Assembly: GCA_951406725.2 (NCBI GenBank) | Contig: OX597820.1 | Span: 35,154,001 to 35,218,000, forward strand | DNA length: 64,000 bases | Direction: 5' to 3' | Origin: Octopus vulgaris | Taxonomy: Eukaryota | Translations under genes and position numbers: made by a program | Notes under the pieces: model-generated | What the model was told of the DNA's origin: nothing | Seen by the model: only the letters and a program-made list of their open reading frames with translations | The model's database searches: none | Part shown: positions 43,763 through 58,089 of the stretch, piece by piece | Layout of the letters: every line of letters starts with the position of its first letter | Numbering within the stretch: position 1 is the stretch's first letter

Positions 43763-44137
43763 GGCGCAGGAGTGGCTGTGTGGGAAGTAGCTTGCTTACC
43801 AACCACATGGTTCTGGGTTCATTCCCACTGCGTGGCACCGTGGGCAAATGTCTTCTACTATAGCCTCGTGGATTTGGTAGACGGAAACTGAAAAAAGCCC
43901 GTCGTATATATATATATATGTGTGTGTGTGTCTGTGTTTGTTCCCCCTAACATCGCTTGACAACCGATGCTGGTGTGTTTACGTCCCCGTAACTTAGCGG
44001 TTCGGCAAAAGAGACCGATAGAATAAGTACTAGGCTAGAAAAGAATAAGTCCTGGGGTCGATTTGCTCGACTAAAGGCGGCGCTCAAGCATGGCCGCAGT
44101 CAAATTACTGAAACAAGTAAAAGAGTAAAAAGAGAGT
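43763..44137 (+). mobile_element. SINE family A
   Basis: Near-complete copy. Confidence 0.92.
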
Positions 44138-44279
44138 ATATTGTCTTCCATAATGTTTTCGCTCTGCTATTCATAGTTTACGATAAATTTTCTTTCTTCA
44201 AAACTCAGCTGTATTTCTGCTAGTATTACGGATAATTTGATCTGAAAAATTCAATGAGCTATGCGGAATCAAAACGAGA

Positions 44280-44337
<58 letters not shown>

Positions 44338-44814
44338 ATATACACGTACACGCACTCAACAAACAGATACATACATACCTGTAATCACGTGTAAATCACG
44401 TGCATTTAGCCATTTGATTAGTTCAAAATCTGGCCTACATTTCACATCTGCCCTGGGCCTATCAGTAGTTTTGAAACGTGGCCCAACTCCAACATCAGCT
44501 CAGACAGAAACTACAAATGGTTCCAGCCAAGGCACAATGTTACTTATTTCTTTTATGACGAAAGGAACCGTTATCAGGAGGATTTCACTGCTGTTTCTAC
44601 AAGGCCGCGCAAGCGACCTCTTTAAAGACCTGCACGTTCAATCATGTTTATATACTTTCTTTATACTGGTGTTTATCGTAGTTTCAAGGTCACGTGCTTT
44701 ATCATCAGAATGTCCGGACTTACGTTGACAGATGTCGACTCCCTGTTGTTCATGATTTCATTGTCAACAAACCTACACACACACACACAGACACATAGAT
44801 ATATAAGTACATTA

Positions 44815-47100
44815 TTTCATTCTTTTATGTGTTTCAGCCTAAGTGGCCATGCTGGGGCACCGCCAGTATCGTCACCTTTTCAATGGCTTTTGGTGAATGG
44901 AGGAATTTGATACTGCTTCCCTCGTTTGAATTTCTTTCTGTGATGTAAGTTTACCTGGGATCTTGGACAACAGAAAGTCTAGGTGCTTCATAAAAACATC
45001 TGTCCCCACTGCATGTAGGTCTCTCAGTTTTCTTGGCCAGACATTAAATATGTGAGCGCCTGTGATTCTCAAACTATTGCAGTAGCTGATCCTTACTCTA
45101 GACGGAAAAGGGTAAGACGTTTGGAACAATGTAGTGGCGTCCTCTTCGGGGACTGGTATAACTCTCGATGCCAAAGTTTGGTACTGGCCCCTCAAGAATA
45201 TTCCATATGTATATCACTGCAATATCTCTCTCTCTCTCTCTCTCGTCTTCACTCCTAGGAGCAGAGTTGTAATTCTTTCACTCTCTCCCAGTAGCTCAAG
45301 TGTTTCGTTGATGTAATCTTCGTGTAACACGGCTGAACTATCTCAAGTTCCGCTATGAAACTGACGCATTTTTGAGAGCAGTGGTCCAGATAGTTGAAAA
45401 CAAATGTTGTCCATAAGACCAGCATGGTCGCTTGGAACTTTGTTCTGAAAGTTCTCAGAATCTATTCGGCCAGTCACTTGTACCTCTTGATAATATGTAC
45501 ATGAAACGATGCCTCGTTGCTCATAGCAATACCCAAGTCTGCACTGTTATTGACTCAAAGATTGCTGCTACTTTCGCCCCCAAATATGTTTGTTGTGGTG
45601 TGTTAGCAGACCAAAGAGCTTGGAATTTTCTTGCATTAGATTGCATGTCTTCTTAGGCCTATTTTTATATGGTGTCTAGAACTTTCTGTTGAAGATTAGC
45701 ATCGAGACGATACTTCACTGCTTATGCTACACTTGTGTCGCCAGCATAGCTGGTAAGAGTGGCTGCCTGTATAACTGACGGCATGTCTGAGAGGGCCAAA
45801 ACAAACAACAGCGGCCCCAAAAGCACTCTACTCACTATTAACGTTTCCTTCGAGAGATCTCTATTGGCGACCTCAACATGGCTTCTGTCTTTTAAGAAGT
45901 GATGTAACCGCCCTTCCAGCTTTCCAGCTATGCTAAGATATCGCAGATTGTGGCATATCATCTGGTATTCAACCTTTTCAAAGGCTTTTGCAAAACAGAG
46001 ATATATCGTATCCACGTTTCAAAGATTCATAGCTGTTTCAGCACCTAGTCATAAGACTGCAGAAGTTGTGTAAGGTGAAAGCCATTCTGGGTGTCTGGAG
46101 CAAGTCATTATCTTCCAAAAATGTGATGAGCTTCTTCCTGATAATTCTAAATATAAAATAAATGCGACCTTTTAAAGCCTAGCCAGGCTCATGGGCCCGG
46201 TTTTCCGGTTTCTGTGGCGTATGTGTTTCCCGGTTTCTATGGCGTATGTGTTGACATAACCTGTGGAGCAAGCTTTTTGCTTATGTATTGCATAATAGCT
46301 ATAAAACATTGTAGCTTTATGTCAATAGAGAAACTGACAGACTAGCTTTGTTCCAGGACCTTTTTTTAAAATACTTTTCCAATTAATTTTATGAATGTTC
46401 ACACCGGAAAAGAGTCGAGTGCTTCGAGTGAACTGCTCGTCTGTAGTTTTCCTCGTACCATACATTTTTATTTCCATTAAATTATGGTCCGAGAAATCAT
46501 TGGTGTCACCTAAACATAATAGATAGGTTTCGCATTATTCACGAAACAGAGGTCTATGGACATTTTTACGCCTTGTTGGGTGGAGAATTATTTCTGTCAT
46601 GAATAGCATATTTGTAAGGTGTTGTGCAGACGCCCCCAGACGATGAAGTAGACTAGCCCAATACGTAGATATAGAGGAAGAAGTCTAGACGTCGTAGTGT
46701 AGAGTAGTTGAGAGTGGAGTGGAGTTGAGTAGAGGTCATCCGAACGAGCGACATAGCATAAGGTCAAGCAGAGATTCTGCATGCTTCTGCTCATGCAGTG
46801 ACATATCTGAGAGAACCTAAGGGAGGCTGAAAGCTATTAGAAGTATGTGAAGGCTGTCATCTGAGTGGGTAAATACCTCGTTCATATTTCTGAGGCTTTC
46901 TTTGAGTCCTCAAGATTTGGAGCATCTGGTGGGCGATATATCATACATAATATCAGTTCGATTTGCTTAATATGTAATATCGGTGTCATTGACAGAGTTC
47001 GAGTGTAACAGCAAGACTGCGGACGACACATATACCCGGACGTACATCGCAACACCACCACGAGTTATTTCCAAAATGGAGACGAACACAGATGTTCCCT
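44815..47100 (-). mobile_element. Decayed CR1-group LINE (APE, RT and 3' end) with nested insertions
   Basis: RT motifs IYLCFAKAF, LGPLLFVL, SYAGDT (45722-46015); APE motifs GGVAMYV (~47040-47060) and IYRPP (~46930-46945); 3' tail ggcggtgccccagcatggcc...gctgaaac at 44830-44865. Confidence 0.85.
46620..46758 (+). mobile_element. Solo LTR, 139 bp, same family as the element at 4906
   Basis: TG...CA ends; exact 5-bp TSD taagg at 46615-46619 and 46759-46763. Confidence 0.88.
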
Positions 47101-47217
47101 ATATTAGGGTTAAAACATTCTGAGTAATTCCTTAACGTGAAACCAATGGTAGCCTTAGTACACATATAAAGAATCTTTATCCAGCAATGCGGTATTGTTC
47201 AATATTTACAATTATTT

Positions 47218-47670
<453 letters not shown>

Positions 47671-47990
47671 ATGTGTGTGTGTATGCTGGCGCACGTATGC
47701 GTGCAAGTGTGTTTAAAAATTTCTATATATATACACATGCATATAAAATTAGTATATATTTAAACACAAAAAGAGGCGACCCTTAACAGGCAGCGTTACA
47801 TGATAGAAGTAGCAGTCATACATAAACACTCATACATACATACATACATACATACATACATACATACATACATACATGCATACATACATACATACATATA
47901 TGTATGTATGTACGTATGTATGTATGTATGTACGTATGTATGTATGTATGTATGTATGTATGTATGTATGTATGTATGTATGTATGTATG

Positions 47991-48056
<66 letters not shown>

Positions 48057-48603
48057 CACGCACTCACACAGAGTATTTTGTCGTCAGCATGTCCTGTGTT
48101 TCCCGTTATAACCCTATATTTGTAAGAACGGGGCCCCGGTATTCAATGTTCCGTTGAATAAATTGTTGGTTCAATCGATCATAAAAGATCGTAATGTTTA
48201 CATCCAACATCGTATTTGGAGTTTTGTTTACGACATGGTCACTACAGTAGAAATATTTGTGTATGTATATGTGTATGTGTGTCCGTCTGTGTTTCTCTGT
48301 GTGAGTGTGTGAGTGTCTGTGTGCTTATGTGAGTATGCGTGTGTTAATGTTATGTGTATGTATGTAAGAATGTGCAAGTCTGTGTATGTAATTATGTAAC
48401 TGCGTGTCTGCGTGTGATTCCTATATAAATGTTTGAATAAGTATGTATGTATGTATGTATGCATGTATGTATGTATGTATGTATGTATGTATGTATGTAT
48501 GTATGTATGTTTGTATGATTGAGCATGTGTGTATTTATGTACGTATGCATCTATGTGCGTATGTGTATACGCCTGCATATATTTATGTATGTATGTATGT
48601 ATG

Positions 48604-48636
<33 letters not shown>

Positions 48637-48662
48637 GCATGTACGTATGCATGTATACATAC

Positions 48663-48712
<50 letters not shown>

Positions 48713-48859
48713 GTCTATGTATGCCGTTCTTTCAGTTTTATTTTTAAAATTTTCTCACAAATAGTGAGTCAGTTTCTAACCCAGAAACAAGTCTTTCATT
48801 GGAATTTAGACAATTCATCTATGTGAACGTGAGTGTGTGCATGCGTGCGTGTCTGTATG

Positions 48860-48898
<39 letters not shown>

Positions 48899-49082
48899 GC
48901 AGATATTAGATGTCACTGCACGTGTGGGTCTGTATGCTTTGATATTTACATGTTTGTCTGCACGAGTGCGCATGTACCTTTTAAAGGCGAACACTCTGGA
49001 ATGTTCTACATATTCTCACAGTTCTGTTAATGGCTTATTATTGAAATTTTCTAATTAACTTTCTGTTTTGTTTTGGTTTCAG

Positions 49083-49099
49083 TGGCACCCAGTATTTGA
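49083..49099 (+). CDS. Candidate terminal coding exon portion (LAPSI*) followed by putative 3' UTR
   Basis: Strong acceptor ctaattaactttctgttttgttttggtttcag; phase 1 gives TG GCA CCC AGT ATT TGA; aataaa at ~49178. Confidence 0.38.
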
Positions 49100-49529
49100 A
49101 GTTTAGTGCCAAAGAAGTTGTCTGTACATGCGTCATTTTTCTATGGAAGAGAGAGAGCCTGGGCCCAACAAAAATAGAATAAAACCTGCGTCATTGGAAC
49201 TTGAATAACAACAATGATAACTGTTACACGCTGAACTTTAGAAAAGCCCTGCATATCTTTACTGTTCCGCTTAAATTTATATTATCTGCAAATTGCATGT
49301 TAACAAATTCTTGCATATGAAATGGTTACCTGGAAATCTCCGCTATTCCAGATTGTTACTTATTCTGAAATTTTTAGTAGCGCGGCCCGCCTGACGATGA
49401 ACCATATCTCAAGCGGCCCGCTTCTCGAAAAAGCAGAACAAAAGACATTAATAATGACAATATTGATTGATATAAATGTGATTTTAAATGTTCATTGGTT
49501 GATTGGCAAAACCATTATTTCTTCTGATT

Positions 49530-49905
49530 CTTTACGATCTGAGTTCAAAACTCGCCGAGGTCAACTTTCTTTTCTTCCATCAGGGATAGATGAAATAAAG
49601 TACGAGCCTAGTTCGGGGTCGATAGTGTCAATTTTCCCCATTCCTTTGAAATTTTTGGTCCTGCCCATGATCAGAAACCATTGTTAACAAGGCGGTGGAT
49701 TGGCAGAATCGTTAGCGTGTCGGACAATATGCTTTACGATATTAGAGCCGGCTCTTTACCTTCTGAGTTCAAATCAACTCCGAGGTGAAGTTTTGTCTTC
49801 TATATCTCACGATAAAGTAAAATACCAATCAAGTACTGGGGTCGATGGCATCGATTAAATGCCATTCTTCAAAATTGGTGACCATGTCCCAAAAGTAGAA
49901 ACGAT
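49530..49905 (+). mobile_element. Two old SINE B copies in tandem; further old copies at 51285-51465 (-), 55575-55765, 56760-56935 and 56968-57165
   Basis: Degenerate ctgagttcaaa..ccgaggtc and ctggggtcgat motifs. Confidence 0.7.
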
Positions 49906-49957
49906 TTAAAGCAATTATCTTAAAGCAACTTTGGCATGACGTTTTGAATAAACTGTT

Positions 49958-50360
49958 ATTCTTTTATTCTTTTATTTGTTTCAGTCATTTGACTTTGGCC
50001 ATGCTGGAGCACCGCCTTTAGTCGAGCAAATCGACTCCAAGACTTATTCCTTTGTAAGCCTAGTACTTATTCTATCGGTTTCTTTTGCCGAACCGCTAAT
50101 TTACGGGGATGTAAACATACCAGCATCAGTTGTCAAGCAATGTTGGGGGGGGGGGGGCAAACGCAGACACACAAACATATACACACATACATACATTCAT
50201 ATATATATGTGTATGTGTGTGTATATATATATATATATACCGGAGTAAACACATAAATGTGAAACAAGGTGGAAAAAAGAGTACTCAAATACCAGTGGTA
50301 GAGTAATATGCTTTATTTAAAAGCAGCAGAAAGTTTGTTGAATTTCTGCTGCTTTTAAAG

Positions 50361-50423
<63 letters not shown>

Positions 50424-50718
50424 AAGTATGAGGATTTAGTTCACTGGTGATCTAAACGATTAGGTACGCTAGGTTAGTGTTTTAACGGATTACTAGGACT
50501 CCAAGTTATAGCCGAGAAGTAGTTATGGGGCTATTGCAAATTTCCAATTGACCTCTTTAACAATTATATATATATATGTATATATACGACGGACTTCTTT
50601 AAGTTCCCGTCTACCAAATCCCCTCACAAAGCTTTGGTCGGTCCGAAGCTACAGTAGAAAACACTTGTCCAAGATGCCATGCAGTGGGACTGAACTCGGA
50701 ACCATGTGGTTGTTAAGC
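49958..50718 (-). mobile_element. SINE family A split at its internal microsatellite by a PLE-like fragment (50240-50365) and other DNA
   Basis: 3' half 49958-50190; 5' half 50580-50718. Confidence 0.75.
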
Positions 50719-50763
50719 CTGTTAGTGAAAACCTAAAGTTCCGGTCAAAAGGATCCTCTATAT

Positions 50764-51005
50764 CAGCATTTTTGGGCTATGGCTTTTTGGTTTCTATTTT
50801 ATATTACTGGATTCTCAAAGACATTCGATATTTTAAGAAGTCCTATTGTATTTTCATAATCAAAAATTGTTAGGAATTCTATATAAAATTGCTAAAGATA
50901 TTTTGTGTATTATAGAAGCAGAAGTAACTTATAACGCATCAATTTTAACAATAAAAATCTTATGTGGACCCCAAGGTTCATATGGACTCCGGTTGAGAAC
51001 CCCTG
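50764..51005. mobile_element. hAT (Charlie-like) MITE
   Basis: Right end ggttgagaacccctg; left end begins cag; 8-bp TSD ctctatat/ctctacat. Confidence 0.6.
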
Positions 51006-51577
51006 CTCTACATAATGATTGTCAGTATAATATTGGTTGGTGGGTTGGTTGCTTTTTTTTGCTTGATTTCTCAGTCACACTTTACGTGGTTTAGAGAGTA
51101 CGTGAGAGAGAGAGAGAGGGGGGGAGAATAAAAAGAGACAAAGAGAGAGAAAAAACATTCGAGGTGCTTACAACTTTTTGGAAAAAAAAAATTTATGAAA
51201 TTTGCAGAAATATTTTTCGATAGATTACACTGATAAAGTGTAGAAAATTAATGTTATAAATTTTCACACAACGCCAGCAATTACGAGGGAAGGATAAGTT
51301 GATCAGATCAACTCTAATGTTCAACTGGTATTTATTTTATCGATCCCCAAACGGATGAAAGGTAAAGTCGACCTCGGTGGAATTTGAACTCAGAGCGCAA
51401 AGACGGACGAAATGTCGCTGCGCATTTTGATCGGTGTGTTAACGATTCTGCCAGCTTGCCTCGTTAAAGCGTTGAAAAGTAACAACGTATATTTATTGCA
51501 AATGTACAAATGAGAAACTTGTTTTACTTAATTTTGTTTTTAAGATACAAAACATTTTGAAAGCTGGTATTGGTTTC

Positions 51578-52060
51578 TGCAGGAAATGCCCCCCTATTGA
51601 CACAGACCCAGCCAAAATTTATTTATAGCTTCATATCCCCTTCCCGAAGGAGAATAATATTTTAAAAATAGAAGTATCCTTCGGCTTTTCCATCCGACAT
51701 ATTTTCTTTATGTAAGCACCCCCGCTAACAGCACCACCACCACCACCACCACCACATTATCATCATCATCATCATCATCACCGCCATCATCATCATCAGC
51801 CTACTTCTCATTATTACACCTACCACCACCACCACCACCACCACACTTACATATACGTCATCACCTCTAGTATCCCACCCCCGCAACCAGCACTATCACA
51901 ACCCCATTACCACCTCCACATTTATCAATACGACCACATACCACCACCACCACCACCACCTATAATCACAAACCATCACCACTATAATCTCCCCACATCC
52001 TTCACCACACCGCACCACTGCCACAACCACCACCAACACGACACACCTTATATAAACACA
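51578..52060. repeat. Dispersed repeat with (CAC/CAT) low-complexity body; paralog at 54517-55430
   Basis: Shared ~130-bp leader ctgcaggaaat..cctattgacacagac.cag.caaaatttattta...ttttaaaaatagaa. Confidence 0.75.
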
Positions 52061-52784
52061 TTTTATAAGCTAAAAATTTGCTAAAAATTATATTATAATT
52101 AGTGTTACGTTTATGAATTTGTGTTGCAAAATTCCTGACGTAAAACCTTGTGTTTAAACAAATATTGTCATATTTCGGGGCAATCATGCTATTTTTTTGT
52201 CAAATAAACACACGCATTATATATTTGTCACTTGTTTATTAGTTCTTATTTTATCTTATGTCCAGTGTCCGGAAGTCTTTCTTCACACATCTGTGACTTC
52301 TTCAGCGATCCTTTCCCTCCACGTGTATCATCCTACTCCGCTTACTCCATTCTTATAATCATTGTATCTTTTATGTCTTATCTTTCGCTTGTTTCAGTCA
52401 TTAGACTGCTACCATGCTGGAGCACCTCCTTCAAAAATTTTAGTCCAATGAATCGATCGTAGTGTTTATATTTTTGAAGCCTGGTATTTATTTTATCGGC
52501 CTCATTTTTACTAACCGCTAAATTACGGTGGCGTAAAAATACCAACGCCGGTTGTTAAGTGGCGGTAGGGATTAAACACAGACACAAACATACATACAGT
52601 GGATTTGGAAGACGGAAAACTGAAAGAAACTCTTTGTGTGTGTGTGTGTATATATATACACACAAAACACACACACGCACATATATATGTAATCAATGAT
52701 AAAATCTTTATAAGATTTTATCATGTAGCCAGCATGTAATGAACCATATAGGTAATAATTAATACAAGTATATATAATTAATTA

Positions 52785-53097
52785 TGTGGAGGCGCAATGG
52801 CCCAGTGGTTAGGGCAGCGGACTCGCGGTTGTAGGATCACGGTTTTGATTCCTAGACCGGGCGTTGTGAGTGTTTATTGAATGAAAACACCTAAAGCTCC
52901 ACGAGGCTCCGGCAGGGGGTCGTGGCGATCCCTGCCGTACTCTTTCGCCACAACTTTCTTTCACTCTTTCTTCTGTTGACCTGCTCGCTTAGCCAGAGGG
53001 GTGACAAAATTTAAGACTGAAACAATGCGAAGGGCATTCTGACCAGCAATGTGTAGCAACATCTGATAGCCTGGTCGGTCACGGTGATCACGGTGAT
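52785..53097 (+). mobile_element. SINE family C, tail type 3
   Basis: Family C head and body; tail cctgctcgcttagccag...ctgatagcctggtcggtcacggtgatcacggtga; flanks share tatataatta. Confidence 0.9.
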
Positions 53098-53384
53098 ATA
53101 TAATTATATTTATATAACTATATATGCAGTAGGACCTAGCAGTACAAGCGCACCGTTGTACGACAAAAATTCGCACGAAAAGTTAGGAAACTATTCTCTT
53201 TCTCATTGATTTTAGAAGAAGCGTTCTCGTCAGCAGGGCAGCCGGCCCTCGTGACAATGCATGTCTTTTCTGCTCAGCCTCAAACAACTCTCAAACCTAA
53301 TATGCTTGCACTTGGCAGAGGTTTTGAGAGGAATGTTCCGCCTGTAATCTTAGTATTGATAAGTGTACTTGCATATCTTTTCTC

Positions 53385-53431
<47 letters not shown>

Positions 53432-53643
53432 ATGCGCACGCGGAAGTGATTTCTTTTATGTTTTTCCTGTTGCTTTTGTTGCTACTATTTATAATCTTAG
53501 GTCAACAATAATCAGTACGCCTAAAATCGAATACGTTTCGTGATACCCTCGTGTTATTTTCATACACAGTGTTTATGTATATATATGCATATAAGCATGT
53601 ATATGTATATATATGTATATACATATATATGCATTTATATACA

Positions 53644-53679
<36 letters not shown>

Positions 53680-53910
53680 TATATACATGTATATATGTTT
53701 CAAAATGTGACCTCGTGTGTACCGTTGATGATTTTTTTTCCTCTGTCTTCCCTTCTCTGGATCTTTCCTTCTCCTATGTTTCCGACGAAGAGCTCCGCTC
53801 GAAACGTTAAATCCTCCATCTTTCCTTTTTTCCTGAGCGTCCAATAATACTATATTTGTTCCACGTCCTCGCGTTGTTGTGTTTTTTTTTGTGCTTTCTT
53901 GTTTGGATTA

Positions 53911-53948
<38 letters not shown>

Positions 53949-54168
53949 TGTGTGTGTATGTTTGTGTGTGTGTCTCCCCAACATCGCTTGACAACCGATG
54001 CTGGTGTGTTTACGTCTCTGTAAATTAGCGGTTCGGCAAAAGAGACCGATAGAACAAGTACTAGGCTTACAAAGAATAAGTCCTGGGGTCGGTTTGCTCG
54101 ACTAAAGGCGGTGCTCCAGCATGGCTGCAGTCAAAATGACTGAAACAAGTAAAAGAGTAAAAGAGTAT

Positions 54169-54224
<56 letters not shown>

Positions 54225-54406
54225 GACTACATTATTTAATCTGTACCGCTGGTAGATAGTGATTTTAGGGAGATTTAGCTGCTATTACTAGCTACTCGAG
54301 CAAATACTTAATGCCCTCGTATTTTTGGGGGGGGTGGGGGACGATTTTATTGATTTTATTCCTAGTTTTGTTGTGGTTGATATTGTTGCATTCTTACAAG
54401 TACGTA

Positions 54407-54442
<36 letters not shown>

Positions 54443-56230
54443 GCGGAGTAATCCCAGAATTTAGGTAGATGAACACCAAGTTCGATAAATGAGGGAGACG
54501 TAGACAGCTTACATTTCTGCAGGAAATACCAACCCCAAACACCTATTGACACAGACGCAGGCAAAATTTATTTATAACTTCGTATCCCCTTCCCTAGGGA
54601 GAATAATGTTTTAAAAATAGAAACATCCTTCCGCCTTTACTGCAACATATTTTTCACAACCATCATCATCATCGTCGTCGTCGTTGTTGTCATCATCATC
54701 ATCATCATCATCAACACCTCCACCACCATGCACCACCAATGCCACTACCACCACACTTATATACAAGTCATCACCAATACTGTCGCATCCCCACAACCAC
54801 TAATATACCACTATTACCAGCACTACATTTATCTACACGACAATATACCACATACCGCCACCACCTTCAACGTCATCATCACTGTCACCATTATTACCAT
54901 CATCACCACCATTATCATCGCCACCATCACCATCATTATCATCACCACTACCCTGACTCCTTCGCACTCACCACCACTCTTATTACTATCATATCACATT
55001 TACCACCGCCACAGCCATCAACACCCACACAGACTACTACCACCACAAACATCCCACCCCGCCATACCATCAGCACTACGATCACCACAACCAGCCACAC
55101 ACACCCGCTACCACCACCCCCACTTCCATCCCCACAACCAACACAATTCACACACTTATTCACCCCATCACTACCATACACACCACCACTCACACACACA
55201 CACATATACCACCACCACCACTACCACCAGCATTCCACCCCACCATACCATCAGCACTACGATCATCGCAACTAGCCACACACACCCGCTACCACACCAC
55301 TACTGCCATCCCCGCAACCAACACAACTCACACACTTAACCACCCCCATCACTACCATATACACCACATACACACACACCACCACTACTACTACCACCAC
55401 CACCACCACTACCACGAGCAGTACCATTTCCTGTAATCGTACGGATTTAGATTTCATATGTTCTTATAATCAGCATCAGCATAAGCAGCAGCACCCACCA
55501 AGACTCAGCCCCCACCCATTGTTTAACCTTTCATTGTTTATTTTCTGTCGCACTTCGAGCCCTTATGGCTAAAAATGCTTAGCGGTATGTCTTCCGGCTC
55601 TTTACGTTCTCAGTTGAAATTAAGCCGACTGCAACCATGCCTTTTTTTTTTTTTTCCTTCCTGGGTCGATAACTACAGTATCAATCAAGTACATAACACA
55701 ATAGTACTTGATAGCCCCTTCCTTCAAAACCGTCGGCCTTGCGCCCAAGTTAGAGACAATGATAGTCATTAATGGTCACGAATGGACTGTCCGAAAAAAC
55801 GTACTGCACACTTTCGTGTAGTGTCCGAGAATTATTAACTTGTGGAGTTATGTCGAACAGCTTCTTCTTCTTCTTCTTCTTCTTCTTCTTCTTCTTCTTC
55901 TTCTTCTTCTTCTTCTTCTTCTTCTTCTTCTTTTTCCAATCAGCACTCATGCCATCAGCCACAAAGAATTATCTCTAATTGGAGCCTACTCTAAGCTACT
56001 AAGAATGTGTGTGGAAACTTGAAGATCCACCCACCACACGCGATAGACTGGCGGTTGCACGGGCGCGAAAGCTACGTTGTTATCCTCATTCCATAAACAG
56101 TGGCTTTTTAACGGGTGGAGAGCTGAACCATCCTGGGGTACAGAGGATTCGCAATCTAGACTAGGGTCAGAAAGTTTACCACACTATAGTGGGTTACACC
56201 ATGGTTCCTCTGCTTTGTGGCAGAAGTAGG

Positions 56231-56417
56231 AAGAAAGAGTGAGAGAAAGTTGTGGTGAAAGAGTACAGCGGGGTTCACCACCATCCCCCGCCAGAGTTCG
56301 CGGAGCCTAAGTGTTTTTTGCTCAATAAACACTCACAATGCCCGGTCTGGGAATCGAAACCGCGTTCTTACGCCTGCGAGTCCGCTGCCCTAACCACTGA
56401 GCCATTGCGCCTCCACA
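56231..56417 (-). mobile_element. SINE family C head and body (tail not recognised)
   Basis: Reverse complement of the family C head. Confidence 0.85.
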
Positions 56418-57164
56418 TAGCTGTTGCTGCGTGTTGAATGAAATCAACTATCTGCCGAGTCTATCGTGATGGTCGCCACACCACAACCGTTATCAAGGCA
56501 GGGAAGTTAGTGTTTTCACTAATGGTTATTCAGAAAGAGGATTAGTGGTGGGCGAATCTGAAAGGACAGAGAATACACACCATCCTCATCAGTCACGCTC
56601 TCATCGATTATTTAAATTTCACTTGCGGCGGAAACTGTGGGCAGAGAGGGAAAAAGCTCTCCCCTAGTGAACTTATCAAAAAGTGGTTGACTGTGACAAA
56701 ATGGTGAAGCTGAATGGAACTACTCTAAGCATGTGTCTGTAGATTTGAGAACAACACCTGAGTAGCATTTCTTCTGTTTTTACATTCTGAATTTCAAATA
56801 CCTTTGAGGTCAACTTTGCCTTTCATCTTTTCTGTGTCTATAAAACAAGTACCAGTGGGGCGCTGGGGTCGATGCAATCAACTAGCACCCTTTCCTATAA
56901 GGTGCCAGGCTTTGTGCCTATAGTATGATAGAAAGAATTAATACTATTATTTGTCGTCGTCGCATTAAGGCGACGAGCTGGTAGAACCGTTGGCACGCCG
57001 GGCGAAATGCTTAGCGGTATTTCGTCCGTCTTTACGTTCTGTGATCGGCTTTGATTTTAATCCTTTCGGGGACGAGAAAATAAGTATCAGTTGAACACTA
57101 GGGTTGATGTAATCGACTTACCCTCTCCCCAGAAATTGCTGGCCTTGTGCCTATAATAGAAAGT

Positions 57165-57426
57165 GTTATTATTTTTTTAATATTTTCAACTCAGATTCTG
57201 TTAGAACTCCTGAAGTCTTGCATGTGTAGTGGGTTTGCTACCTGCAGCCTGCAGTACCATGCTATCCGTTCTTTTTTCAACTTACTAATACTTTCCTGTT
57301 TATTCTGGCCGTGCTAAGGAGGCAAACCTTTTATAACAGTTCTGCTGGGGACTCTATTCCGATTTCCTTTATATTCCTCTTTATGTCTTCTGATACTGTC
57401 CCCAAGGACCCACCAATATCTGGCAC

Positions 57427-57430
<4 letters not shown>
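57165..57430 (-). mobile_element. R4/Dong-type restriction-like-endonuclease LINE, 5'-truncated, in (TAA)n
   Basis: Minus translation IVPDIGGSLGTVSEDIKRNIKEIGIE..ELL*KVCLLSTARINRKVL; abuts (att)n at 57427-57491. Confidence 0.8.
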
Positions 57431-57480
<50 letters not shown>

Positions 57481-58089
57481 CGTCATTATTATTGGTTTAA
57501 TGCAACACAGGCATTAGGCGGGAGAAGAAAATGCTAACAATGTTATTGTTGACTTGAAGAAGGTCTTTTGTTGATTTTTCCATCGATTATCTTATTTTAA
57601 AATGTTGTGAACATTTTTAAAAATAGGTTGTACTTATTTATATCTAGTAAGGATTGCTTGCTTTCTATATATATCTCTTCAGGCTAAATACTACCTAGAG
57701 TTTCTAAAATTAAATCAAGGATTTCATAAACAGATAACAATGAATTTCACTTATGTGGACTCGATCAATTTTTGTTGATTTTTTAAAGTTGTGAGGAGGT
57801 TATAACGACTTTATATTGACATGTCCGTTATCGCCTCCAACACCATCGTGTTATGTACATTCTGTGGATTTTGATCTGCCCAGCACGTGTAATATATAAG
57901 CATCAGAGGGGGAAGGCTATGCTATGTGCTTTAGGTTTTCACTTTATATCCCAGTGATACAGGTTCGATTTGACTAATATCCTGTCAGTGAAATTTTTGA
58001 AATGAAAGCTGTGTAGAAATCTATTGAACATGTATATATACCAGTCGCCATGCTTGATCGCTAAATCTACAAGTTTTTTATTTTTATTC

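Noticed and set aside
43352-43863. + strand ORF or exon with a good acceptor (MLGCNIFNELV...)
   Set aside because: It is the antisense of a mariner transposase N-terminus and runs into a SINE.
54728-55339. His/Thr-rich ORFs resembling histidine-rich beak proteins or mucins
   Set aside because: CAC/CAT low complexity in a duplicated repeat; no Gly-His periodicity, signal peptide or splice support.
55935-56230. Fourth tail type for SINE C ending in (AAG)n
   Set aside because: Part of it translates on + as GAYSKLLRMC, like an unrelated RTE-type fragment; single occurrence, so linkage to the SINE is unsupported.
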